Below, in pieces: positions 23,634 to 33,727 of a DNA stretch of 64,000 nucleotides. The stretch's first letter is position 1; the number at the start of each line of letters is the position of its first letter. Source of the stretch: an uncultured Hyphomicrobiales bacterium (lineage in GTDB: Bacteria > Pseudomonadota > Alphaproteobacteria > Rhizobiales > Xanthobacteraceae); contig CAIMEA010000079.1 in NCBI GenBank assembly GCA_903839845.1, positions 4,189 through 68,188 on the forward strand, in the 5' to 3' direction. The position numbers were made by a program, and so were the translations under genes. A model generated the notes under the pieces. It was not told the origin of the DNA. It did no database searches and saw nothing but the letters and a program-made list of their open reading frames with translations.

Positions 23634-23679
23634 TGTCAAATAGAAACGAATATTTCCTGATTTTAGAATATTTATTCTA
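23634..23679 (-). promoter_or_regulatory. sbp-cysTWA promoter region: TTGACA -35 and upstream palindrome TAGAAT-N4-ATTCTA
   Basis: TTGACA on minus strand at 23639-23634; palindrome at 23664-23679 in AT-rich DNA. Confidence 0.5.
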
Positions 23680-23716
23680 TTTTGTTCCAAGGCGCGGCCG
23701 CCGCGGAATAGCCGTT

Positions 23717-24319
23717 TCAGGCCGGCCAGACCATCGGCGCGATACTGGCGACCAGCAGCAAAGCCATGACGACATTGAAAATCCGGGCGCGCGCGGGATC
23801 GCGCAATAGACCCCGCAGCGCCACCCCGAATCCGGTCCAGGTGACGACCGTCATTGCCGTGCTGACCACGAACAGCGCCAGCACGATCAGAAAATCCGCC
23901 ACGCGATGGTCGGGCCGCACGTAGATGGAAATCGCCGTCAGCCCGATCACCACCGCTTTCGGATTGACCCACTGAAACGCCGCCGCCTGCAGGAACGTCA
24001 ACGGCCGCGCCAGATCGTCGACCTCGTCGCTGGCGGGCGCCGCATGGGCGACCTTCCAGGCCAGCCACAGCATATAGATCGCGCCGATGATTTTCAGCGC
24101 CAGTTGCAAGGCCGGCACCGTCGCAAACACCAGCCCGAGACCGGCGGCGCAGGCCACCAGCAGCACCATGAAGCCGACCGTGATGCCGGCCATATGCGGG
24201 ATCGTGCGGGCGAAGCCGAAATTCACGCCGGACGCCGTCACCATGATGTTGTTCGGCCCCGGCGTGAACGCCGTCACAAAGACAAACAAGGTCAGTGCCA
24301 GCAAAACGTCGAGCGGCAT
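23717..24319 (-). CDS. LysE/RhtB family amino-acid exporter
   Basis: TPGPNNIMVTASG, YMLWLAWK, FQWVNPKA. Confidence 0.9.
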   Translation of the reverse strand: MPLDVLLALTLFVFVTAFTPGPNNIMVTASGVNFGFARTIPHMAGITVGFMVLLVACAAGLGLVFATVPALQLALKIIGAIYMLWLAWKVAHAAPASDEVDDLARPLTFLQAAAFQWVNPKAVVIGLTAISIYVRPDHRVADFLIVLALFVVSTAMTVVTWTGFGVALRGLLRDPARARIFNVVMALLLVASIAPMVWPA

Positions 24320-24321
24320 CG

Positions 24322-24543
24322 TCAGGCTTCGCCGCGGCGGCGCTTGATCTGGCGGCGCCCGGCATAAAGCAAGCCAAAGCCGATCACGACGCTGCCGTAC
24401 TTGATGATCTCCGGCATCGACGAACCCTGCTCGAAGCAGAAAGGCTGCTGATTGAACGAGAGACAGCGTTGCGGCGGCTTTTCGTACGGTTTGACGAAAG
24501 CACCGAAAAGAATGAACGGGATCGCCAGCAACGTCAGAAACAT
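24322..24543 (-). CDS. Small two-TM hypothetical membrane protein (73 aa)
   Basis: MFLTLLAIPFILFGAF...CLSFNQQPFC...YGSVVIGFGLLYAGRRQIKRRRGEA; RBS GAGGG; basic C-terminus; sits between ilvH and lysE with 16-nt and 2-nt gaps. Confidence 0.6.
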   Translation of the reverse strand: MFLTLLAIPFILFGAFVKPYEKPPQRCLSFNQQPFCFEQGSSMPEIIKYGSVVIGFGLLYAGRRQIKRRRGEA

Positions 24544-24559
24544 CTCGCCCTCAAGCCAA

Positions 24560-25117
24560 TCACATGCCGTCCGGGCCGCGCGCGATCGCCGCGATGCCGG
24601 TGCGCGACACCTCGACAAGGCCGAGCGGCAGCATCAAGGCGACGAACTGCTCGATCTTGTCGCTTTTCCCGGTGATCTCGAACACGAAGCTTTCCGTCGT
24701 GGCATCGATGACGCGTGCGCGGAAGGCGTCGGCCAAACGCAAGGCCTCGACCCGGTTGTCGCCCTTGCCGCGCACCTTGACCATCGCCAGTTCGCGCTCG
24801 ATCGAATTGCCGGCCAGCGTCATGTCGGTAACGCGATGAACCGGCACGAGACGATCGAGCTGGTTCTTGATTTGCTCGATCACCATCGGCGTGCCGGTGG
24901 TGACGACGGTAATAAGCGACAGGTGCTTGGCGTGCTCGGTTTCCGACACCGTCAGCGACTCGATATTGTAGCCGCGGCCGGAGAACAGGCCGATGACGCG
25001 GGCCAGCACGCCCGGCTCGTTATCGACCAGCACCGAAAGCGTGTGCGATTCCAGCTTCTGCGCCGTCGGCGCGGTCGGATAATGCGAAGTACTACTTGAG
25101 GGCACGTTTGCGTTCAC
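24560..25117 (-). CDS. ilvH: Acetolactate synthase small subunit
   Basis: ACT domain LSVLVDNEPGVLARVIGLFSGRGYNIESL, ERELAMVKV. Confidence 0.96.
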   Translation of the reverse strand: MNANVPSSSTSHYPTAPTAQKLESHTLSVLVDNEPGVLARVIGLFSGRGYNIESLTVSETEHAKHLSLITVVTTGTPMVIEQIKNQLDRLVPVHRVTDMTLAGNSIERELAMVKVRGKGDNRVEALRLADAFRARVIDATTESFVFEITGKSDKIEQFVALMLPLGLVEVSRTGIAAIARGPDGM

Positions 25118-25150
25118 GGTCGTCGTCCTTATGCGTTCGCGCAGGGCGCG

Positions 25151-26911
25151 TTAAACCAGCATCTTGCCTTCTTCGGTGATCGCGTCATCGAGACTGACGC
25201 CGCTATCGCCGAGAATCATTTCATTGTGCGCCTTGCCCGACGGGATCATCGGGAAGCAATTTTCCTTCTGATCGACGACACAGTCGAACAATACCGGGCG
25301 GTCAACGTCGATCATTTCCTTGATGGCGTGATCGAGATCGCCTGGCTTCTCGCAGCGAATGCCGACCGCATGCATCGCCTCGGCCAGCTTGACGAAATCC
25401 GGCAGCGCTTCCGAATAGCTTTCCGAGTAACGATTGCCGTGCAGAAGTTCCTGCCATTGGCGGACCATGCCCATATAGCCGTTGTTCAAGATAAAGATCT
25501 TGATCGGCAGCCGGTACTGCACCGCCGTCGATAATTCCTGCATCGTCATCTGCACGCTGGCCTCGCCGGCAATGTCGATGACCAGCGACTTCGGATGCGC
25601 CAGCTGCACGCCGACCGAGGCCGGCAGGCCGTAGCCCATGGTGCCAAGGCCACCGGAGGTCATCCAGCGGTTCGGTTCCTGGAAATGGAAGAACTGCGCC
25701 GCCCACATCTGATGCTGGCCGACTTCGGTGGTGATGTAGACGTCCTTGTCCTTGGTCGCCTCGTAGAGCCGCTGGATCGCATATTGCGGCTTGATGACCT
25801 CGTTGGAGGCGCGATAGGCGAGCGACTTGCGGTCGCGCCATTTGCCGATCTGCTTCCACCAGTCGCCCAGCGCCTTCTTGTCCGGCTGCTTGGCCTGCGT
25901 GCGCCACAGCCGCACCATGTCTTCCAGCACATGGGCGCAGTCGCCGACGATCGGGATGTCGACCTTGACGTTCTTGTTGATCGATGAGGCGTCGATGTCG
26001 ACGTGGATTTTCTTCGAGCCCGGCGAGAAGGCATCGATGCGGCCGGTGATGCGATCGTCGAAGCGCGCGCCGATGCAGATCATGACGTCGCAATCGTGCA
26101 TCGCCATGTTGGCTTCCAGCGTGCCGTGCATGCCGAGCATGCCCATCCACTGCGGATCGGCGGCGGGGAACGCGCCAAGGCCCATCAGGGTCGAGGTGAT
26201 CGGGAAGCCGGTCAGCTTGACCAGTTCGCCGAGCAGCGCGCTGGCATGCTTGCCGGAATTGATGACGCCGCCGCCGGTGTAAAACAGCGGCCGCTTGGCA
26301 TGCGCCATCAACTCGATCGCCGCCTTGATCGCCTCGATGTCGCCCTTCAGCTTGGGCTTGTAGCCGGTGTGCGGGAATTCCTTCGGCTTCGAGTAGATGC
26401 CCTTGGCGAACTGGATGTCCTTCGGGATATCGATCACGACCGGACCGGGACGTCCGCTCGAGGCGATATGGAACGCCTCGTGCAGAATACGCGGCAGATC
26501 CTCGATGCGCTTAACCAGATAATTGTGCTTGGTGCACGGCCGGGTGATGCCGACGGTGTCGCATTCCTGGAAGGCGTCATTGCCGATCAGATGCGTCGGC
26601 ACCTGGCCGGTGATGCAGACCAGCGGGATGGAATCGCACAGCGCGTCGGTCAGGCCGGTGACCGCGTTGGTGGCGCCGGGGCCCGACGTGACCAGGACAC
26701 ACCCGACTTTCCCGGTCGAGCGGGCATAGCCTTCCGCCGCGTGAACCGCGCCCTGCTCGTGCCGCACCAGAATGTGCTTCACCTCGGTCTGCGCGAAGAT
26801 GGCGTCGTAAATCGGCAGCACCGCGCCGCCCGGATAGCCGAACAGATGCTTCACGCCCTGGTCGGCCATCGCCTGGATCACCATTTCGGCGCCGGTCATT
26901 TCCCGTGTCAT
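25151..26911 (-). CDS. ilvI: Acetolactate synthase large subunit
   Basis: FGYPGGAVLPIYD, RHEQGA, VGQHQMW, SGGLGTMGYG. Confidence 0.97.
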   Translation of the reverse strand: MTREMTGAEMVIQAMADQGVKHLFGYPGGAVLPIYDAIFAQTEVKHILVRHEQGAVHAAEGYARSTGKVGCVLVTSGPGATNAVTGLTDALCDSIPLVCITGQVPTHLIGNDAFQECDTVGITRPCTKHNYLVKRIEDLPRILHEAFHIASSGRPGPVVIDIPKDIQFAKGIYSKPKEFPHTGYKPKLKGDIEAIKAAIELMAHAKRPLFYTGGGVINSGKHASALLGELVKLTGFPITSTLMGLGAFPAADPQWMGMLGMHGTLEANMAMHDCDVMICIGARFDDRITGRIDAFSPGSKKIHVDIDASSINKNVKVDIPIVGDCAHVLEDMVRLWRTQAKQPDKKALGDWWKQIGKWRDRKSLAYRASNEVIKPQYAIQRLYEATKDKDVYITTEVGQHQMWAAQFFHFQEPNRWMTSGGLGTMGYGLPASVGVQLAHPKSLVIDIAGEASVQMTMQELSTAVQYRLPIKIFILNNGYMGMVRQWQELLHGNRYSESYSEALPDFVKLAEAMHAVGIRCEKPGDLDHAIKEMIDVDRPVLFDCVVDQKENCFPMIPSGKAHNEMILGDSGVSLDDAITEEGKMLV

Positions 26912-26968
26912 TTCGACATCCTTTTCCGTCGTATATTCGGTCTTGGATCATTCAGCCGTTGCGGCAAT

Positions 26969-26989
26969 AAAAAAGGCCCGCGAAGGGCC
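26969..26989 (-). terminator. Attenuator terminator of ilvIH
   Basis: Minus strand GGCCC TTCGC GGGCC TTTTTT between leader ORF and ilvI. Confidence 0.85.
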
Positions 26990-27023
26990 ATGTCCGGACA
27001 CTCAGCTGAGGCGCCCCGCAGGG

Positions 27024-27074
27024 CTACCTGGCCAGTGTCCGAACTTCTACGAGAGTAATAATATTGCGCGTCAT
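27024..27074 (-). CDS. ilvL: ilv leader peptide MTRNIITLVEVRTLAR
   Basis: ATG ACG CGC AAT ATT ATT ACT CTC GTA GAA GTT CGG ACA CTG GCC AGG TAG: Ile/Leu/Val codons; leader segment CGGACACT can pair with downstream AGTGTCCG; U-tailed terminator follows. Confidence 0.85.
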   Translation of the reverse strand: MTRNIITLVEVRTLAR

Positions 27075-27235
27075 CGTTCCTGACCGTACTTTCGTTGCGC
27101 GGTTTATAGGGGGCCTATTTTCCCCAGTCAAGCGACAACTCCAGCCTAATCGTCTGCCCGGCAGGTCGCAAGCAGGTATCAGCCACCAGGGCCGACCTTA
27201 AGCCACCGCGCGACACGACCACAGACGGGCCGGCG

Positions 27236-29263
27236 CTAGGCGGCCCGTGCCCGGAAAGCCTTCTGGCTCCCGGTTGCCCTCGGGCGGCTCGCACCGGCAG
27301 TCTCCTGCCCCCGGCCCTCATCGATCTGGAAAAACGCCACCTGCTCGTCCATGGCCTTGGCCTGATGTTCCAGGGTTTTGGCGGTCGCCGCATTTTCCTC
27401 GACCAACGCCGAATTCTGCTGCGTCACGCCATCCATCTGCGTCAGCGCCTTGTTGATCTCGTCGAGCCCGGTCGCCTGCTCGGCGCTGGCGGTGGCAATA
27501 TCGGCGACGATGGCGGCAACCGTGTTGATCGAACCGACGATCTCGGCCAGCGACGTGCCGGCGCGATTGACGAGTTCGACACCGTCCTTGACCTGGTCAT
27601 TGCTGTTGGTGATCAGATCCTTGATGTCTTTCGCCGCCTGCGACGAGCGCTGTGCAAGGCTACGCACTTCCGACGCCACGACGGCAAAGCCTCGGCCGGC
27701 TTCACCGGCGCGGGCGGCTTCCACCGCCGCGTTGAGGGCCAGCAGGTTGGTCTGCCGCGCGATTTCGTCGATGACGCCGATGATGTCCGATATTTTGCGC
27801 GAGGACTCTTCAATCTTGGCCATCGCACTCACGGCCTCGGTAACCACCTGACCGCCGCGATCGGCGACATCCTTGGTCGCGCTCGCCGACGCACTGGCGT
27901 GCCGGGCGTTCTCCGCGTTTTTCTTCACGATCGAAGAAATCTCCTCCATCGAGGCCGAGGTTTCCTCGATACTCGCTGCCTGCTCCTCGGTGCGTTGCGA
28001 CAGGTCGGTCGTGCTGGTCGAGATTTCAGCGGAGGCGTTGGTGACCTCGCTGGCGGAAGCCCTGATCTCGCCCAATGTCTTGCGAATCTGACTGACCATG
28101 ATGGAAACAGAATTGACAATCTGCCCGACTTCATCCTGGCGCTTGACGGCCGGGACTTGCATTTTGAAATCGCCGCTGGCGAGCCTGAGCATCACGGTTT
28201 GTATCATCTGGAGCGGAGCGATCACCCGGCGGGAGATGGCGGACATGATTCCGATCGAGAGCGCAATAGCCAATAAAAGGAGCGTACAATAGAGCGAGAA
28301 TTTCCATTGCGCATCGACGCGCAGGTCTGCGGCATAGTCTTTCAATACGCCCAGCGAGACGACCGCGACATCGAGCACACTGGCCAACCTTTCCAGCGAA
28401 TCCTTATTCCAGGCGACACCATCGATGCCGAGCTTCTCCCCGGCGATCAGCTTCTGCAGATTTCCCAACCGTTCGGCGGCAACCTGCGGGGCAAAGAACT
28501 TTTGCTGCGCATTTTCCACGGCCTTTTGAAATGCGGTGGGAAGCGGCAAACCAGACGCGATAGCGCCGACCGCGGCCCAGGCGCTGTCGCCCTTCACCAG
28601 GCTCTCGCTGTATTTCGTCAGCGTTTCAGGCGTGACCTTGGCGCCCAAAATCCCGTTATACAGAAGCAGATTGGCATCCCCGACCGCGTTGCGAGCGACG
28701 AAGGCTTGCCGCTTGATCTCGATCAACTGGCTGACGTAGGGGTCGTCCATTTTCATGCCGTCGGTCAGATCAGCGGCGATCTTTTCCACCAACATGAAGA
28801 GGGCGTTACCGGCGTCAAACGATTCCTGCGCAAGCCCGGCCCGCCGGGCAGACTTGGGCTCCCTGAGCGCCCGTTCGGTTTCCTGATGAAATGCCGCCTG
28901 CTTCTTGATCGCCTGCGCGAGTCCCGGTACGCCGGTCTGCATTTGTCCGAGATCGTTCTGTCCAAGAGCGATAAGGCCGGCGTTCAGTTTGGCCATCTCG
29001 ACTTCGCGCACTTCTCGAAGCAACGAACTGATGCCGGCCTGATTGTCCCCCTGCATCTCACGAAATGTCGTTGAACGATCCGAACGGAGACCGCCTAACG
29101 CATCAAACAGTGGGATTGTCGCCTCGGCAGCATGCATCATCCGCGTCGCCACCTGGAGTCGGCTCCACGATTCCCAGGCGCCGAACGCCAGCATGACGAC
29201 GACACCCGCTGCCAGAAGCCCGATCACGGATCGGAGCAGGGCATTGACCGATACGTTATTCAA
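27236..29263 (-). CDS. Methyl-accepting chemotaxis protein 1 (TM-periplasmic sensor-TM-HAMP-MA)
   Basis: [40 protein letters not shown] signalling hairpin; two TM segments. Confidence 0.95.
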   Translation of the reverse strand: MNNVSVNALLRSVIGLLAAGVVVMLAFGAWESWSRLQVATRMMHAAEATIPLFDALGGLRSDRSTTFREMQGDNQAGISSLLREVREVEMAKLNAGLIALGQNDLGQMQTGVPGLAQAIKKQAAFHQETERALREPKSARRAGLAQESFDAGNALFMLVEKIAADLTDGMKMDDPYVSQLIEIKRQAFVARNAVGDANLLLYNGILGAKVTPETLTKYSESLVKGDSAWAAVGAIASGLPLPTAFQKAVENAQQKFFAPQVAAERLGNLQKLIAGEKLGIDGVAWNKDSLERLASVLDVAVVSLGVLKDYAADLRVDAQWKFSLYCTLLLLAIALSIGIMSAISRRVIAPLQMIQTVMLRLASGDFKMQVPAVKRQDEVGQIVNSVSIMVSQIRKTLGEIRASASEVTNASAEISTSTTDLSQRTEEQAASIEETSASMEEISSIVKKNAENARHASASASATKDVADRGGQVVTEAVSAMAKIEESSRKISDIIGVIDEIARQTNLLALNAAVEAARAGEAGRGFAVVASEVRSLAQRSSQAAKDIKDLITNSNDQVKDGVELVNRAGTSLAEIVGSINTVAAIVADIATASAEQATGLDEINKALTQMDGVTQQNSALVEENAATAKTLEHQAKAMDEQVAFFQIDEGRGQETAGASRPRATGSQKAFRARAA

Positions 29264-29307
29264 AATGCTTCACCTGGGTTATCGATCATCGTGAATGGTT
29301 CGAGCCG

Positions 29308-31341
29308 CTAAGCCACGCGACGGCTATGCAACGGTTGTGAAATTTGACGCGACGCGGACACGGGCTTGAAAGACTTTATTTCGCCGCCCGAGGTGCCGTC
29401 TCCGACCTGGAAGAACGAAACCTGTTCGTCCATCGACTTGGCCTGAAACTCCAGCGTCTTTGCCGTCGCCGCGTTTTCCTCGACGAGGGCCGAGTTCTGC
29501 TGGGTGACGCCGTCCATCTGCGTCAGCGCCTTGTTGATCTCATCGAGACCAGTTGCCTGCTCGGCGCTTGCCATGGCGATATCCGCCACGATATCGGCCA
29601 CCGAGTTGATCGACGCGACGATTTCGTTCAGCGCGACACCGGCGCGATTGACGAGATCGACGCCGTCTTTGACCTGGTCGTTGCTATTGGTGATAAGGTC
29701 CTTGATGTCTTTGGCCGCCTGCGACGAGCGCTGCGCCAGACTGCGCACTTCCGAGGCCACCACGGCAAACCCGCGGCCGGCTTCGCCGGCGCGCGCGGCT
29801 TCCACCGCGGCGTTAAGCGCCAGCAAATTGGTCTGCCGCGCGATCTCGTCGATCACGCCGATAATGTCGGAAATCTTGCGTGAGGATTCCTCGATCTTGG
29901 CCATGGCGTCCACGGCCTTGGCGACCACCTGACCGCCGCGATCGGCGACATCCTTGGTCGCGCTGGCGGACGAATTGGCATGCCGCGCATTCTCCGCGTT
30001 CTTCTTCACGGTCGACGAAATTTCCTCCATCGAGGCCGAGGTTTCTTCCAGGCTGGCGGCCTGCTCTTCGGTGCGCTGCGACAGGTCGGTGGTTGCGCCG
30101 GCGATCTCGCTCGAGGCGTTAGTCACTTCGCGGGCCGAGCTCTTGATGTTAACGATGGTGTCGCGCACCTGGTCGACCATCGTATTAACCGCGACGATAA
30201 TCTGACCGATCTCGTCGTTGCGCTCTGTCGTTGGCAATGAGCCGCTGAAATCGCCGCCAGCGACCTTTACCATGACATTCCGCACCATCAGGAGCGGGTT
30301 GGCGATGCGGCGGGTTATCATCAGCATCATGCCGATGCTGATGAAGATGGCGACGACGAGAGGCAATAGCTGCAAATAGAAGCTTCTCTGCGCCGTACTG
30401 CGCATTTCCGCGGCCCGCTCCTTGGCAGCTTGCAGCGCGCCTTCCGCGATGCCGACCGATATATTCACCTTCGGAACCGTTAATTTATCCGAGGTCGCTT
30501 GATCCACTTCGGCTTTCTCGCCGGCAAGATTCGCCTTCAAGATCCGCAGATGCTGATTGGTAAGTTCGCCGAAGAATTCTTTCCGAAACTTCTCGATGGC
30601 CTCGGACACGCTTGCCGGCAGCGGAAGCCGTTTAACCGTTTCATCGACCGCGGCCAACGCTGCCGTCGCGCGGCCGAGCGCTGACGAATAGGTCTGCAAA
30701 ACGTCTGGCGGCGGCTGCCGTGAATAGCTGGTGGTAACGATGAGCGCCGAATCGCCGGCGGACGTGCGCAGCAGCCACGCGAAGTTTCTCAACTGGAACA
30801 GTTGATCAATGTAGGGGTTCTCGAATTTCACCATCTCAGACAGTTGCGAGGAGGTCTTCTCGATGCTGGACAACAACGCCGTACTTGCTTCGAAGCCGTC
30901 TTTGGCCAGATTCGCGGGGCGTTGCGCCTTGGGCAGCATGATCGCGGCATCGGCTTCCTTATGGAATGCCAGAAGCCGGTCAAATCCCGCCTGCATGTCG
31001 GCGATCGTTGTACTTCCGGCCGCGAACGATACCTGTCGCAATGCCTCAATGCCGCGCTTCAAGGCTTCGACCCCCACCGGCCGCGTACCCGTCACGATCG
31101 GACCAAAGTCGCCTGTCTTTTCCCCAAGCAAGCCGGTTGACGTGAACGCGCGTTCCGTGCGCAGGTTGTGCAAAGCCGTAAAGAGGTATGCCGATGCATC
31201 GGCATTGGCGACGATCCTGCCCGCGTTGCTCAGACGGTTCGATGCATCCCAGGCGCCGGTGGCGAGCACGAAGATGATGGCCGCCGCCATCACACCAAAG
31301 ATCGATTTCAACAGCGCACTAACCGAGATCCGATTGAGCAT
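29308..31341 (-). CDS. Methyl-accepting chemotaxis protein 2
   Basis: Same architecture and signalling motif. Confidence 0.95.
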   Translation of the reverse strand: MLNRISVSALLKSIFGVMAAAIIFVLATGAWDASNRLSNAGRIVANADASAYLFTALHNLRTERAFTSTGLLGEKTGDFGPIVTGTRPVGVEALKRGIEALRQVSFAAGSTTIADMQAGFDRLLAFHKEADAAIMLPKAQRPANLAKDGFEASTALLSSIEKTSSQLSEMVKFENPYIDQLFQLRNFAWLLRTSAGDSALIVTTSYSRQPPPDVLQTYSSALGRATAALAAVDETVKRLPLPASVSEAIEKFRKEFFGELTNQHLRILKANLAGEKAEVDQATSDKLTVPKVNISVGIAEGALQAAKERAAEMRSTAQRSFYLQLLPLVVAIFISIGMMLMITRRIANPLLMVRNVMVKVAGGDFSGSLPTTERNDEIGQIIVAVNTMVDQVRDTIVNIKSSAREVTNASSEIAGATTDLSQRTEEQAASLEETSASMEEISSTVKKNAENARHANSSASATKDVADRGGQVVAKAVDAMAKIEESSRKISDIIGVIDEIARQTNLLALNAAVEAARAGEAGRGFAVVASEVRSLAQRSSQAAKDIKDLITNSNDQVKDGVDLVNRAGVALNEIVASINSVADIVADIAMASAEQATGLDEINKALTQMDGVTQQNSALVEENAATAKTLEFQAKSMDEQVSFFQVGDGTSGGEIKSFKPVSASRQISQPLHSRRVA

Positions 31342-31508
31342 AGCTCTATCCTCGCAACGTTATTTTTTGCCGCGGCCACAGCATTCTTGAACCGATCATG
31401 GCCAGAGTTCCTGAACAACCACATAAGATTCCGGCCGCAAGATCGCGTGTTTTCGTTATTCCTTTTTATTGTTCTGGATTGTCGATTTCGTTGCGTCGTC
31501 CGACGGCG

Positions 31509-33563
31509 CTACGCAGCCGTTTGACGCCGCGTTACGGAGCGTTCCGGCTGGCGGTGCCGCTGCTTCGACGGCAATTCATGCCCGCGCACCGGCACCGATC
31601 CGTTCTCCGTCTCGCCATTAATCCGGAAGAAGGCCACCTGCTCGTCCATGGTCTTGGCCTGATGTTCGAGCGTTTGCGCGGTCGAGGCGTTTTCTTCCAC
31701 CAGGGCCGAATTGCGCTGTGTCAGTTCGTCCATCTGGTCGAGCGTCTTCTTCACCTCGTCGAGGCCGGTTGCCTGCTCGGCGCTGGCCGTTGCGATCTCG
31801 GCAACCGAGGCGGCCACCGTGCGGATCGACTCGACGATTTCATTCAGCGCCGAACCCGCTTGATTGACGAGGTCGACGCCTTCCTTCACCTGCCCGCTGC
31901 TGTTGGTGATCAACTGTGCGATATCCTTGGCCGCCTGCGACGACCGCTGCGCCAGGCTGCGCACTTCCGACGCGACGACCGCGAAGCCACGGCCGGCTTC
32001 GCCGGCGCGCGCCGCTTCCACCGCCGCGTTGAGCGCCAGCAAATTGGTCTGGCGGGCGATCTCGTCGATCACGCTGATAATGTCGGAAATCTTGCGTGAG
32101 GATTCCTCGATACGCGCCATTGCCTGCACAGCCCGGCCGGCCACTTCACCGCCCCGATCCGCGACCTCGCGAGTGGCCATGGCGGACTTTGTCGCCTCTT
32201 GCGCGTTCTCGGCGTTCTTGCGGACCGTGTTGGCGATCTGCTCCATTGAGGCCGACGTCTCCTCCAGGCTAGCTGCCTGTTCTTCTGTCCGCTGCGACAG
32301 ATCGCCGGTGCTGGTCGATATCTCGGCCGACGCGTTCGTTACCTCGCGCGATGAGGTCTTGATCTCGGAAACGGTCCTGCGGACCTGGTCGACCATCACG
32401 TTGACGGCGCTGACGATCTCGCCGACTTCATCGCGGCGGTCGCTCTTCGGCAGTGAAATGTTGAAATCGCCACCCGATACCTTGATCATGCAATCCTGGA
32501 TCATTCGCAACGGGGCGGTTACCCGGCGTGAAATCAGCGTCATGATGGCGACGGCGAAGACCATGGCCAATGCCAGCAGGCCGAGCTGCGTGAACAGCTT
32601 CCATTGCGCCGCGGCACGCTGCTCGACGGCGTAGTCGGCAACGACGTCGAGCGCCACTTCCGCCACGGTAAGCAGCGAAGCGAGTTTCGCAATCGACAGT
32701 TTCACCCAATCCGCCGTCGGCACGTCGGGCTTTCCGCCCGCGATCAACGTGTTCAGCATCTTCAGCCGGACAACGCCGAATTCGGGCGAAAAGAAATCCT
32801 GCTTTGCCTTCTGGATGGCCTCGATAAAGCGAGCCGGCAGCGGCAGGCCAGGCACAAGTGCCTCTAGCGCAGCCCAGGCCGTCTCCGCGCTGCTGACATA
32901 GCGGTTGTACTGAACCAGCGCGTCGGGCGGAATCGGCTGGCCGCTCATATAGTTCGAGATCATCACCGAACCGTCGCCGCCGACGTTGCGAACGACCCAG
33001 GCCAACTGCTTCATCTGCATCAATTGATCGACGTAGGAATCGGACAATTTGACGGAATTGGCGAGCGTCGAGGAAATCTTGTCGAGCAAATCGATAAGCG
33101 CGGTCGCTTGATTCGTCATTTCCTGTACGAGCCCGGCAGGGCGCGCCGCCTTGGGCTGCGCGAAGGCCGTGTTTGTCTCCCGATGCAACGCCGTCATCGT
33201 GGTAATGGACCGGTCGAGCGCGGCCACGACATTTTGCGCGTCGGGGAAATCGATGCTGCGAAGCGCCGCCAATCCGGCTTGCAACGCCGGCAATTCGACA
33301 GCGCGGAGGTCCTGGAGCGTCGGGTTGGGGGCTCCCGCCTTGTCAGCCAGCAGATCACGAACGGTTTGCGAGCGATCAAGACGAAGTGAGTGCAAAGCCT
33401 TGAAAAGACTCGACGAGGCGGCGGCGACCTGCGTCAGCCGATTGGCCGCCCGAAACTGGCCCCATGAATTCCACACGCCGAGGCTCAAAAATATCATGAT
33501 CCCCGCCGCCAGGAGACCAATCGTACCCTTGAGCAGCGCGTTGACAGAGAGCCGGTTCAGCAT
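31509..33563 (-). CDS. Methyl-accepting chemotaxis protein 3
   Basis: Same architecture; start MLNRLSV matches MCP2 MLNRISV (33575 is the alternative). Confidence 0.95.
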   Translation of the reverse strand: MLNRLSVNALLKGTIGLLAAGIMIFLSLGVWNSWGQFRAANRLTQVAAASSSLFKALHSLRLDRSQTVRDLLADKAGAPNPTLQDLRAVELPALQAGLAALRSIDFPDAQNVVAALDRSITTMTALHRETNTAFAQPKAARPAGLVQEMTNQATALIDLLDKISSTLANSVKLSDSYVDQLMQMKQLAWVVRNVGGDGSVMISNYMSGQPIPPDALVQYNRYVSSAETAWAALEALVPGLPLPARFIEAIQKAKQDFFSPEFGVVRLKMLNTLIAGGKPDVPTADWVKLSIAKLASLLTVAEVALDVVADYAVEQRAAAQWKLFTQLGLLALAMVFAVAIMTLISRRVTAPLRMIQDCMIKVSGGDFNISLPKSDRRDEVGEIVSAVNVMVDQVRRTVSEIKTSSREVTNASAEISTSTGDLSQRTEEQAASLEETSASMEQIANTVRKNAENAQEATKSAMATREVADRGGEVAGRAVQAMARIEESSRKISDIISVIDEIARQTNLLALNAAVEAARAGEAGRGFAVVASEVRSLAQRSSQAAKDIAQLITNSSGQVKEGVDLVNQAGSALNEIVESIRTVAASVAEIATASAEQATGLDEVKKTLDQMDELTQRNSALVEENASTAQTLEHQAKTMDEQVAFFRINGETENGSVPVRGHELPSKQRHRQPERSVTRRQTAA

Positions 33564-33727
33564 GTTGGATCCCATTCCCCATTTTTTTGGAAGGCATCCA
33601 CAACTTGATCGGTAACTCTAAAGACCATTTTAACGATGCGCGACGTCTGGCGAGAATCTGTATCCGCCTTTTTGTTACTCTAGATTAAATTTATGAGCGG
33701 CGGCGCTGTTTGCGGTTCCGCCAGCGG

